Both the position numbers and the translations under genes were made by a program. Below the pieces are notes generated by a model. It was not told the origin of the DNA. It searched no databases and worked only from the letters and a program-made list of their open reading frames with translations. A DNA stretch of 64,000 nucleotides from a virus: the IMG/VR virus record IMGVR_UViG_3300044472_000055, positions 32,001-96,000 of that record, one strand, 5' to 3'. This document shows, in pieces, positions 52,418-63,047 of this stretch; position 1 is the stretch's first letter; each line of letters begins with the position of its first letter.

Positions 52418-53248
52418 ATGAAGCCGCCGCTGAAATGGGTCGGCGGGAAGGGCAAGCTGCTTCCCGAGCTACGTAAGCGTATGCCCGAGAAGATCGGTCG
52501 CTACTTCGAGCCGTTCTTCGGTGGCGGTGCGTTGTTCTTCGACGCGTTGCCGCAGGTCGCGTCGATCAACGACATCAACGCGGATCTCGTGAACGTGTAT
52601 CGACAGCTGGTGGATCAGCTCGACGACGTTCTGTGGTTACTCGGCGAACACAAGAAGTGTCACGTCGATCCTGGCTTCTACGATCTGATGCGTGCCCGTT
52701 TCAACGAGAACGATTTTCACGGCTCGCCCAAAAAGATTCTGGCGTGTCGTGCGGCCGCGTTCATCTACCTCAACAAGACCTGCTTCAACGGGCTCTATCG
52801 CGTCAACCTCGACGGCAAATTCAACGTGCCGAAGGGCAAGTACAAGAACCCGGCGATCTGCAACGAGAAGGCTCTTCGAGCGGCATCCGAGGCCCTGGTC
52901 GGCGCGCAGCTGACGGGCTCTTCGTTCGAAGAGTCATCGTGCTACGCGACACGCGGAGACTTCGTCTACTTCGATCCGCCGTATGTGCCGGTGAGCAGGA
53001 CGAGCAGCTTCACAAGCTACACCGATGGCGGCTTCGGCATCACCGAGCAACATCTGCTCGCCGACCACGCACGCACGCTCAAGCGGCGTGGCGTCAAAGT
53101 CATGCTCTCGAACAGCGACACGCAGATCGTTCGCGAGCTGTACCAGGACGACTTCGTCATCGAGACGGTGATGGCCGGTCGCGCGATCAACAGCAAGGCA
53201 ACCGCACGCGGCAAGGTCCGCGAGGTCATCATCAGGAGCTATTCATGA
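52418..53248 (+). CDS. dam: Dam-family DNA adenine methyltransferase
   Basis: KWVGGK, YFEPFFGGG, DIN, FNGLYRVN, YFDPPY. Confidence 0.9.
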   Translation: MKPPLKWVGGKGKLLPELRKRMPEKIGRYFEPFFGGGALFFDALPQVASINDINADLVNVYRQLVDQLDDVLWLLGEHKKCHVDPGFYDLMRARFNENDFHGSPKKILACRAAAFIYLNKTCFNGLYRVNLDGKFNVPKGKYKNPAICNEKALRAASEALVGAQLTGSSFEESSCYATRGDFVYFDPPYVPVSRTSSFTSYTDGGFGITEQHLLADHARTLKRRGVKVMLSNSDTQIVRELYQDDFVIETVMAGRAINSKATARGKVREVIIRSYS

Positions 53249-53734
53249 GGGATGCGAGAGGAAAGCTGAAGGCGCTAGCGACTGGACTTGCGACGGGATC
53301 CTTTGTGCTTATGGTGCTCGGGGTTCTTTGGCTCATCGTCAACGCTGACTATCAATGGCGTGAACATGCCGCTGAACATGCTCTCGGAGCTGGCGCGGTT
53401 TGCGGCGAACACGATGATGGCGTCATGCAATGCGTTCGTTTGGGGACGCTCCACGTCTGTGTAGTGTCCGCCGACGATCGCGCGCCTCGTGTCGCGTGCG
53501 CAGAGGTATCGAAGTGAAAGTCTGGACGCTGTGGCATTGTGGCGATGACAGTGATGCACCGTGGATCGTTGATGCAGTCGACGAGTACACGCTCGAAAAT
53601 CACGGTGACTTTCCGCCGCAATACGAGACGTACCGAAAAGATCCGCTCATTCGTGAGCTGATCATCGATGTTCCCGAGGACAAAGTGCGCGCCCTCTTCG
53701 AGGCGCCCGCTGTTCAAGCCACGGTGGTTGAAAA

Positions 53735-54013
53735 ATGACTCGTCTCGGCGTCTACAAACATTACAGCGGCAGCCGCTATCGCGTTCTGTTCGTGACGATC
53801 AATTCGACGAACGGTCCTGACGACGGCAAGACGATGGTTAACTACATCGCGCTCTACGGTGACGGCACGATGTGGACTCGTGATGAGAAACAATTTCATG
53901 AACAGTTGTTCGTGAACTTGACGACAGGCGTCGCTCAATCCGAAGAGCCTGATTTCAGATTCACCAACGACGTGTTTCGCACGGTCACCCGTTTTACATA
54001 CGAGGGCCCGTGA
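53735..54013 (+). CDS. DUF1653 family protein
   Basis: GVYKHYSG..Y.V, V.Y.ALYG...W.R...F. Confidence 0.75.
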   Translation: MTRLGVYKHYSGSRYRVLFVTINSTNGPDDGKTMVNYIALYGDGTMWTRDEKQFHEQLFVNLTTGVAQSEEPDFRFTNDVFRTVTRFTYEGP

Positions 54014-54205
54014 TCTTCGCGCTTGTGTTGATGTGCCTGTGGGCGGGTGGCGCGACGGTGGCTGCGTACAACTGGCACCACACGTGCCTGATGTGGCAAG
54101 CCAACTCTGAGGGCTGGAAGAAGCTCGCCGAAGATAACGCGAAGCTATGCACAGACGTGCTCATCGCCGCACGTCGCTTCAAGGCGATGGCCGAAGGGAA
54201 AAAAG

Positions 54206-54634
54206 ATGTTCGAGATTGGCAGTGACAAGTGGCCGGGCATCTCCAAGCTCATCGAAGAGAGTGGAGAGGTGCTGCAGGTGTGCGGCAAGCTCATGGGTGC
54301 GCAGGGCGAGATCATGCATTGGGACGGCACGAATCTTCGTGAGCGCCTGATGGAAGAGCTGGGGGACGTGATCGCAGCCGCGCAGTTCGTGACCGCGTAT
54401 TGCGATCTCGATCCGGTCTTCATCAGCGAACGCGCCGACGCGAAGCTCGCGTTGTTCGAGCAGTGGCATCGTGAACAAACGCGGCCCCCTAAGGCGCCCG
54501 TCGTGCCAAAAACGGTGCAATGCAGTGTGTGCCATGGCAGCGGGCAAGCCGTTGCGCCCATCAGTCGGTACGGCGCGCCCTCGCGTTGCTATCAGTGCGG
54601 CGGACGTGGATACGAGACGACGAATGCAACGTAA
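54206..54634 (+). CDS. MazG-like NTP pyrophosphohydrolase with DnaJ-type Zn finger
   Basis: KLIEESGEV..K, EELGDV; CSVCHGSG and CYQCGGRG. Confidence 0.7.
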   Translation: MFEIGSDKWPGISKLIEESGEVLQVCGKLMGAQGEIMHWDGTNLRERLMEELGDVIAAAQFVTAYCDLDPVFISERADAKLALFEQWHREQTRPPKAPVVPKTVQCSVCHGSGQAVAPISRYGAPSRCYQCGGRGYETTNAT

Positions 54635-55093
54635 GATCGATCCATCGCTGCTCTGGCTCGTCGCGATCAAAGACAAGGAGATGGCGAACGAGCCGCACAT
54701 TGCCTTCGCGGTCATCGAAGCGCTGACAAGCGACGCCGCCATCAAGGCGATGGATCCGGCGATCGAAGAGCTGCGCAAAGCAAACCGCTGCCGCTGCGTG
54801 CCTGTTCTGATCGGTACGGAGCATGCTCCGTTTCAGATCAACCGCGTCTATTCGTGGCACTGGATCGACAAGAGCGGCCCATTCGTCTTCGATACGAAGA
54901 CGGACTTGAAGGCCTGCCAGCATCTAAGCGTGCATCAAGGTAAGAACGCGCCTCGTCGCTACGGCTCGTATCGCACCGAAGTTTGCAACGACTGCGGGAT
55001 GTTTCGCCTCACCGGGCACAACCCACGGAAGCCGATGAGCGGATGGAAGCCTGCGAGCGAATACGCGGCCGCGATTTCAGAGGACGATGACTG

Positions 55094-55534
55094 ATGAATC
55101 GACCAACAACCGTCATCAACATGAACACCGCCCGCTCCGCCGTGCAGGAGGCCAAGCGAGAGGGCCGCTACGTGCCGATCGATCGCACGACGATCTGGGG
55201 CAATCCGTTCTATCTCGGCACCGATGGAAACCGTGACGAGGTGATCAAGAAGTTCGAGGCGTACCTGCTCGGCAACGAGGTGTTGATGCGTCAGGTGTGG
55301 ACGCTACGTGGCAAGGTGCTCGGCTGCCACTGCGCACCGATGCGATGCCATGGCGAAGTGCTCGCACGTCTCGCTGACGCGACGAGCGTGTCGACGGCGT
55401 CCGATAGTGGAACCGTCTCGACAAAGATCCCGCACGAGTACCTATCGGCCGGTGATGCGCCCGGCGCCGACGGTGATCGACCATTCACCGGTTGCTACAT
55501 CTGCGGCGGCTCGCGGAAGGATCATGTGAAGTAG
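55094..55534 (+). CDS. DUF4326 family protein
   Basis: IDR..IWGNPF, LRGKVLGCHCAP..CHGEVL. Confidence 0.85.
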   Translation: MNRPTTVINMNTARSAVQEAKREGRYVPIDRTTIWGNPFYLGTDGNRDEVIKKFEAYLLGNEVLMRQVWTLRGKVLGCHCAPMRCHGEVLARLADATSVSTASDSGTVSTKIPHEYLSAGDAPGADGDRPFTGCYICGGSRKDHVK

Positions 55535-55720
55535 TCGACTACGATCTCGTCATTGCGTAGCGATGCCCTGCGCGGCTTTGCGACGCTATGCCTAGCACTG
55601 TGTGGCACTGCGCTGCGCTGCTCGGCATTCCACTCCAAGGTCACCCTCGTCTAGCTAACTTGACGAGCTGTTTCGCCTATGGGACGCTCTCCTCATCCCA
55701 ATCACTACGGGAGAGGAAAT

Positions 55721-55813
55721 ATGGCAAAGAAGAAGCACTGCAAGTTCGGCAAGGTCTCGCGCGGTCGCCGCAAGGGCCAGTGTCGCAAGTCGCGCAAGAC
55801 CAAGCGCAAGTAA
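55721..55813 (+). CDS. 30-aa protamine-like peptide
   Basis: GAGAGGAA RBS; MAKKKHCKFGKVSRGRRKGQCRKSRKTKRK (16 of 30 K/R). Confidence 0.7.
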   Translation: MAKKKHCKFGKVSRGRRKGQCRKSRKTKRK

Positions 55814-55906
55814 GGTCGACGCGAACGTGATCGCCGTCGAGTGCATCTCCCGTAGGTAGCGCTCGGCGGCGATTTCGTTTCAACCACCCTAAGACGAGGT
55901 CATCTC

Positions 55907-58900
55907 ATGCAGGTCTTGAAAACGTTCGAGCAGACTTGGCAATTCAAGCCCGGTGACCCGAACCAGTATCAGCGCGAAGCTTACGTCGGCGTTCCCGGCG
56001 GCTACGGCTCCTTCTACTTCGACCGCGTCCCGAACACCGCGACCCTCGGCAACGTTCGTGGCCTCGGCTTCTGGTCGAGCATCCCTTCGCTCGGTCAGGC
56101 CGCGATCGTCGCGGTGCTCGCCACGGCAGCGGGCTACCTCGGCATGAAGCATCTCGGCCCGACGGTGAAGCAGAAGTTCGGTCTCTCGGGCGCCCGGCGC
56201 CGTCGGCGGTAACCGCCATGGCCCTCATCATGGGTCTGGAAGGGCTGCGCGGAAACCGACTCCTCGGTGTTCGCGGGCTCGGGCTCATTCCGCCGGCACG
56301 TGCGACGACGCTCGCCGGCCTCTACGGCACGTTCGATATCATCAAGCGCCACCCACTTTTGATCCTTACCGGCATCATCGCAGGTGGCTGGTGGGCAGCT
56401 TCAAAGCTCGACGGCCCCAAGGGCTCGGCAGACGCGTGGGGCTCGCAGCGTATGGCGCAGTCACGCGCCCGTGCCCTCAGTGGAGCGCAACAGACGAAGA
56501 TCGGGAGCGTGACGGTGGTTCGTGATGGTCGTCGCGTGTACACCATGCGCAACGGCAAGGTCCGCACTGACCGTACGCACGACGATGAGGCCACGGCACG
56601 CCACGATTACAAAGCGACAATCGACTACTACGCGGAGCCGTAATGAGCAAAAGCAGCAAGCGCACTGAAGCCTCTCGTCTCGCGACTCGTCGTCGCTTCG
56701 AGGAAGCGGCGCCTCCACGCCACACGTCGATCATCGTGCGCGGCCCCAAGAAGAGCGCGAAGCGCGCGGCCGCTCGCCATGGCATCTCGACCGAGAGCTG
56801 CTACGAGCAGGGCAAGGACGTGCAGTGCTTCGTCCCCTGCACCCCGAGCACGAGCGATCGCCTCGACAAGTGGTACGGCAAGGGTCCTCGCAATCGCAGC
56901 ACGACGCGGACGTGGGCCGCGCCCGGCACGCTGCTCTACGTCGGCCGCTGTCCGGCACCGGGGCTCAGCGGCGCACGTCGTCGCAAGCGCAGGTAGCCCG
57001 CGCATCCGGCTTTCAAGCCGTGTAGGCTCGGAGCATGGCGAAAACACGCGCATGCGCAGCACCCGGAACAGTCTATGAAATGCACGGCGGGCGTCTGCAA
57101 AAGACCTCAATCGACAAGACGTACTGCGGCAGTATCGAGAAGGTCACTAGCATCAAACATGGTGATTTCCGCGTGTCACAGCATGTTGTCGTGATCTCCG
57201 CTGGTGGCCGAAAGTTGTGGGTGCCCGTCAGCCGTATCAAGGCTGGGAAGGCACGCCACAAGCGCTGAGCGTAGGTAGCTCGCGCATCCGGCTTTCAAGC
57301 CGTGTAGGCTTGAGGGTATGGCAAAGCGCAGCTGGAAGAGGGTCCACAAGTCGAGTGGAGCCACGGTTATCGAGCGGGGCCCCAAGGGCGCTGCACGCTG
57401 GGCTGTGTCCTGCAACGGTGATCATGATCGTGGTTCTTCGACGAGCGTTGCTCGCGCAAAGACCGCAGCAACCCGCGCCGCGAAACGCATGAAGAAGGGC
57501 TAGTTCAATGAAGGCGATCCAAACGAAGTATTCCGGCCCGACGAACACGCGCGGCTCGCGCGTTGTCGCGACCGATGGTGATGGACACCGCGTGTCTGTG
57601 CCGTTCGATGATTCGACCGGCGGAACGCAAGGCGCGCATCGTAGGGCTGCGCTTGCTCTGTGCAAGAAGCTGGACTGGAACGGCTGCGAACGTCTCGTCG
57701 GTGGTGCACTCGCGAAGGGTTACGCCTTCGTGTTCGTACCGTCTGATTGCAGGTGCGCACGGCCGCTCGAAGGCTTGCGCGGAACACGAGGTCGTCGTCA
57801 GAAAGGACGTCGCTAGCCATGGCCACGCCGAAGAAGAACATCGAGTGGAACAAGGTGCCCGCGACCGCGTGCATCGAAGATCGCGGCAAGTACTACGTCG
57901 CGCACATGGGCCGTACGTCGGCCGTCGTGTTCTGGGGCAGCCAGGATGCGCGTCAGGCGCAGGCCACGCTCTGGGCGCTCGCGCAGGGCAGCAAGAACCA
58001 GCGCATCTGCGGTGATCTCTTCCGCAAGACGCGGCCGCTTCCCGGCCTGCGTGGTGCGCGCCGTCGTCGGAGGAAGTGATCATGGCGAAACAACGTTTTC
58101 GAGCAATCGGTCCCAACGAAGATCATCACGCCGGTTCTTTTCAGCGTGCGCTTCATCTCGCGACGGAGCGCTCGCTCGCGCTACGCAGCACGTATGAGGT
58201 GGTTCGCTGCGTCCCCGACAAGCGCCATCCTGAAGGAGAGTCGTGCACGGGGTTGGCTCGCGTGACGGTGCGGCGCACGGGGGAAGCACGTCCCGCCAAG
58301 CGCCGCCGCCGTGAGGGAGACGAATAGTCGTGGCGAAGAAATGCAAACCGACTGCACGTCAGATCTGCTCGGCGTCTACCGCCGACAGTCGTGGCGTCTT
58401 CATGCGTGGTGACGTTCGTACGGCAGCTGGTTCGGTGTGCATCGCCGACTGGATGCTTCGCCACGGTCACTTCGAGAAAGCTGGTCGTGCGGCTGGCGGG
58501 CGTCCACTGTACATCATGACGCGCAAGGGTCGCCGTATGTCCGAGAAGGCGTGCGAGACGGTCTACGGACGTCGCGGAAGGAAGTAGCTCGTGCCGAAGA
58601 AGCCCAAGTTCGAGAAGCTCTCGATCAACATGGAGCGTCGCGGTGAGCTGCGCTACGCCACGGCGTACAACGCACGTGACGCCGCGAAGATCGCGACGAA
58701 AGCTGCAAAGCAGGGCTGGGATACGACGGTGCAGTCGTTCAGCAGCCTCGGCACGAAGCGCGGCATTTACATGGAGTGCCACTCGTCGAAGGTCAGCGCC
58801 GGACGTGATCCGGGTTTTCTTGCGAAGGCTGTCGCACGCTGCAAGCTGAGCCCCGCATTCAAGAAGCGCCTGCGAGGTCGCTGATGCGTAAGGGTCCGCT

Positions 58901-59738
58901 GACCAACCGCGAGGTCAAAGCCGTGACCAGCGCAGTTCTAGACGAAGTCCTGATGGGCTCGAAATCGAAGGTGGTAGGCTCGGGCATGGCGAAGAAGCGG
59001 AAGAGGGTTGGTCTCGGTTCGATGAAGCTGGTTGATGCCATTCGTCCGGGCTGCCGCGTGACGATCGTCAACCGCTTCGGTCAACAGCGCACCGGTACGG
59101 CCGTCATGCGTGGCCCACACGGTTGGGTGTTGAACATGGGCGGCAAGCACGGCACACCGGGCATCGCGACCGACGACAACACCAACCGCGTCGTCTGCAA
59201 GAAGAGGTAGGTCATGGCGAAGAGGAAGAAGACCCCACATCACGGCACGTGTTACTGCGCAGCTCAGCGCGATGCGGCGGGCGTCACCAACATGGTGTGC
59301 GCTCGCTCAAAGAAACACGTGCGTCGTCTCGCGTCGCGCCTCGGGCGTGGCTACGACAAGAAGCACGGGCGCTATGGCAAGGTCTTCCGCGCCGTCCCCA
59401 CCAACTGCTAGGAGATCGTCATCATGCCTCGCAAGCCGCTACCGAAGAGTCCGTGTGATTGGGATCAGGGCTCTACTCGCCGTATCTATGAAGCACTCGG
59501 GCTCAACAGCACGGGCGCGAACAAGATCCCCAAGAACATGCATGGTCGCTACAAGGTCGACGGTTACACTGTCATCGTGAAGCGGTCGGCCCCCGGTCAA
59601 CGCGGAACCGGCAAGCATCGCGTCTTCGTCGACATCGGCGGGCGAGATATTCCGGCTGGACGCGTGTATCAAGCCGCGTGTCAGCGGTACAAGCTGCGTC
59701 AGAAGCGTCGTCGCGCCGCTCGCGCCGCTCGCCGCTAG
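55907..59738 (+). CDS. Cluster of small basic Cys-containing genes (55907-56212, 56218-56643, 56643-56996, 57035-57268, 57318-57503, 57508-57816, 57819-58079, 58076-58327, 58330-58587, 58591-58884, 58986-59210, 59214-59411, 59424-59738)
   Basis: Tightly packed ORFs, basic termini, recurrent L[SR]G-[AT]-R-rich tails. Confidence 0.7.
56991..57310 (+). repeat. 38-bp direct repeat (56991-57028, 57273-57310) carrying a promoter-like TAGGCT
   Basis: AGGTAGC[CT]CGCGCATCCGGCTTTCAAGCCGTGTAGGCT, one mismatch, 6-7 nt before ATG in both copies. Confidence 0.85.
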
Positions 59739-60095
59739 TCCTTGTAGCGCCCGCCGCTGGGCACTACCGGCTCCTCGCGCTCACGGATGTTGATCGTGAT
59801 GCCATCGGGAGGCTCACCGCTTACGGTGACGGCCTTCCCTTGTGTGAGCTGCGGGTATGTCTTCATGGCCCACTCGTGCAAGATCGAGCGGATGTCATGC
59901 GCGGACAGCTTGATCTCGTGCTTCATGTGTCGTTAGGCGGGACGTAGAAGTCCGACGAGGAATGGGGTTGTGGCGGCACTTCGTCGATACGCGATGGTGT
60001 CACGCACCGTCCGCACTTGAGGCGCTGGTCGCCGACGAGCGCGAACCACGTCTTGAACACGCGGCGCCCACATACTTCGCAAGTAGTCGTCAGTG

Positions 60096-60818
60096 TCATC
60101 GCGTCGACACCGTTTCAGGCACGGGGGTCCATGCTGTGATGGCGCGTTCGAGCGGTAGATGCACGACTTCGATGCCGTACTTGCTCGCAAGATCGTTGAT
60201 GTCGATCTGCTTGCCGCCGACGTACACGGCGCCGTAGACGATGCGCTTGATGCCGACTTGCAGTACAGCCATGAAGCAGTCGCGGCACGTACTCGCCGTC
60301 GTGTAGAGCGTGCTGCCTTCGAGACGAACGCCGTGACGCGCTGCCGTGATGATCGCGTTCTTCTCGGCGTGGATTGTTCGTACGCAGCTCTGGCGCCCGT
60401 TGATCTCGACGAGGTCATGGCCGACTTCGTCACACGATGGTAGACCGCTCGGTGCACCGCCGTAGCCCGTCGACAGGATGCGATGATCGGGTGAGACCAC
60501 GACCGCGCCGATGCGGGCGCGATCGCAGCTCATGCGCAGTGACACGGCGTCGGCGATGACCATGAAGTACGTGTCCCATTCGGGACGTGTACGAGGCTTG
60601 GGGTCGGGCTTGCGCCCGAGCAGCTCGATCAGTTTCGGCCGATTCGGGATGTCTCCGGCTAGGATCTCACGACAGAGCTTCAGCAACTCAGGTACGTCTG
60701 AGAAACGGATCGATTCACCCTGCAGCGCGCACACGCCGCAGAGCAGTCGGCCACCATCACCGACGTAGCGAGGGTAGTTACCGGTTCGATCGCCACAGCC
60801 ATCACAGTAGGTCGCCAT
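60096..60818 (-). CDS. dCMP deaminase (ComEB-like) with N-terminal Zn ribbon
   Basis: RPEWDTYFM, SCDR..IGAV, TGY.G.P, HAEKNA, TC.DC. Confidence 0.88.
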   Translation of the reverse strand: MATYCDGCGDRTGNYPRYVGDGGRLLCGVCALQGESIRFSDVPELLKLCREILAGDIPNRPKLIELLGRKPDPKPRTRPEWDTYFMVIADAVSLRMSCDRARIGAVVVSPDHRILSTGYGGAPSGLPSCDEVGHDLVEINGRQSCVRTIHAEKNAIITAARHGVRLEGSTLYTTASTCRDCFMAVLQVGIKRIVYGAVYVGGKQIDINDLASKYGIEVVHLPLERAITAWTPVPETVSTR

Positions 60819-61160
60819 CGATAGCAGGCTATATGCTGGGGCTGACACTCAGGTGCCCGGGGGCGGAAGCGGGTTTTTGGGCATCATCCGCCACAGCTCA
60901 CCGTACGTAATCTCGCCGTCGTAGTAGAGCACCGTGAGGAAATCGAGGGCCTCGTTCTGCTCGTCGGTGAGCTTGTGGCAGCCCTCGTTGCTCATATCAG
61001 CCGTTGACAGGATCTGCCGGCAATACTCGATAGCGACAGCGGTCTTGAGGCGAGCTAGTTCATCGAATCGCATGCCTCGTAAGTCGTTCGAGGCTCAACG
61101 GTTGTGACAGGAGCCGAAACGCCAACGATTTCGCCATTCAGCTCTGGTAGGCTCGGGGGC

Positions 61161-62366
61161 ATGCCCTACGCCATTATCGACCCTTCGGGGGCTGTGCGAA
61201 CCGTCGTCGACGGCGATGCACAGGAGGCTGTCCACGTTGCTTCGCAGTTCAGCCCATTCGTGCAGGTCGAGGATGACCTTCGCCACGATGCCGAAGCGCT
61301 CGGTGGCGCGTTGGGTGACATCGATCTTGGTCGCGTCGGCTTCGAGAATCGCCCGCGTCTTGCTTTTGAACGCTCGGGCTTGCCGCATATCGATTACGCC
61401 GAGGCGATGGCGATGAGCGCGGCCGAAGCACACCAACGGCTGCTGCCTTTCTTCCCCACCGAGCGGTTCCGGAAGTCGGGCGAGCGCATTGCGGTCAACA
61501 CCTACGCGACCCCGCGTAGCATGGCCGACGCACTGCTCGGTCAGAACTACAAAACGGCGAAGAAGGACTCCGATCAACGGCCTGCTGACGTGCAGGGACT
61601 CAGCCTTGTCCCACAGCGCTACATGCACGACTTGCGGCCGGGCTCGATCCCGAACCACATCAATCTGTGCGTCGGCGCCAGCAAGGCGTGCGTGCAGTCG
61701 TGCCTCGTGTATTCGGGACACAACACGATCGATCCGTACAACCTCGTCGTGAAGATCGCTCGCACGCAGGCGCTGATCGGCGAGCCGCTCGCGTTTGTTC
61801 GTCTGCTCGGTGAGAGCATCACACGCTTCCAGGCCTCTGCGAAGCGGGCCAGCTACGAGCCCTACGTGCGGCTCAACGTGTTCTCGGACATCCCGTGGGA
61901 GCTGGTGTGCCCCGGCCTGTTTGCGGCATTCTCAAACCTTCAGTTCTACGATTACACGAAGGTCGAGGGGCGCAATCCGCCGAGTAACTACGACATCACG
62001 TTCTCGTTCAGCGGCGTGAACCAAGAGCAGGTCAACTTCGAGATTGGCCGTGGGCGTCGTATCGCTGTCGTGTTCATTCCGCCCGAACGCATCCCTGCCG
62101 AAGGACGTCCACGCGGCGCAGGGTTGCCGACGTCGTTCTTGGGCCTTCCGGTCATCGATGGTGATGTCAGTGACGTGCGTCCTCGTGATGCAGCGCCTGC
62201 CATCGTTGGCCTGCGCTGGAAGGTCCCGATGGGGCGCCAGAAGGAATCGATCGCGATGGCCAAGCAGCTGGCGTTTGCCGTGCCTGTTACAGTAGTGGAC
62301 GGGCAGCTGATCGCCGCCACGAGTGCGCGGCAGGAGCCCATCGCTGACGCGGATGAGGAGAACTGA
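61161..62366 (+). CDS. Gp88-like (radical-SAM-related) protein
   Basis: NLCVGASKACVQSCL, VRLNVFSDI, QFYDYTK, NYDITFS, DGD.SD.R..D, IVGLRWK. Confidence 0.75.
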   Translation: MPYAIIDPSGAVRTVVDGDAQEAVHVASQFSPFVQVEDDLRHDAEALGGALGDIDLGRVGFENRPRLAFERSGLPHIDYAEAMAMSAAEAHQRLLPFFPTERFRKSGERIAVNTYATPRSMADALLGQNYKTAKKDSDQRPADVQGLSLVPQRYMHDLRPGSIPNHINLCVGASKACVQSCLVYSGHNTIDPYNLVVKIARTQALIGEPLAFVRLLGESITRFQASAKRASYEPYVRLNVFSDIPWELVCPGLFAAFSNLQFYDYTKVEGRNPPSNYDITFSFSGVNQEQVNFEIGRGRRIAVVFIPPERIPAEGRPRGAGLPTSFLGLPVIDGDVSDVRPRDAAPAIVGLRWKVPMGRQKESIAMAKQLAFAVPVTVVDGQLIAATSARQEPIADADEEN

Positions 62367-62368
62367 TC

Positions 62369-62596
62369 ATGGCGAAGTGCCGTCGAATGACCACCAAAGA
62401 GCTTGCCAAGCAGCTAGGCGAGAAGAAGGGCCGCAAGCTCTCCGCTGAGGAACTGGCAAGCATCAAAGTGATGCCGCCGCAGTTCATCTGTGAAGGCGCC
62501 GCACCCGAAGGGATGGCGCTTCCTGACGCGCCCGCTCGTCCGGCAGGCAAGGTCGGCTTCGACCTATCTGGTGCGAAGAAACGCCGTGCCAGCTAG
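62369..62596 (+). CDS. Small protein with LSG-basic tail
   Basis: Ends FDLSGAKKRRAS. Confidence 0.6.
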   Translation: MAKCRRMTTKELAKQLGEKKGRKLSAEELASIKVMPPQFICEGAAPEGMALPDAPARPAGKVGFDLSGAKKRRAS

Positions 62597-63047
62597 CTGC
62601 CCACGTCTCGTCTTCAAGACGATCAAGTACGGACGCGAGGACGTCCGTGCGCGTCGCATCGAAGCACGAGACACGAACAAGCAATTCATGGGCGCCGTGA
62701 CGGTAACATCGTGGGGCAACGGGCTCGCGCCACGCGTCACGCACATCGAGGTCAACGAAGACGCCCGCAAGTGCGGCATCGGCACCAAGCTCTACGAGCA
62801 AGCCGCGAAGGTCTCGTGCAAGACGTTCAAACAGCCGCTGCACAGCGACATCGAACGATCGAAGGCTGCCGACGGGTTCTGGCAGAAGCAGGTGCGGAAG
62901 GGCCGCGCAACGTGCGTGAAGCCTCAAGTGCCTTTCAACGAAGACGCCTTCGACGAGACACCTACGCAAGGCCGCAGTGGTTGCTACCAGTACGCCCTCA
63001 AACAGTGCCCGGCACCGGCTTCGCTTGCGGGTCGTCGCCGCCGCTGA
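62586..63047 (+). CDS. GNAT acetyltransferase with LAG-RRRR tail
   Basis: VTHIEVNEDARKCGIGTKLYE motif A, A.GFWQK motif B. Confidence 0.75.
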   Translation: MPASCPRLVFKTIKYGREDVRARRIEARDTNKQFMGAVTVTSWGNGLAPRVTHIEVNEDARKCGIGTKLYEQAAKVSCKTFKQPLHSDIERSKAADGFWQKQVRKGRATCVKPQVPFNEDAFDETPTQGRSGCYQYALKQCPAPASLAGRRRR

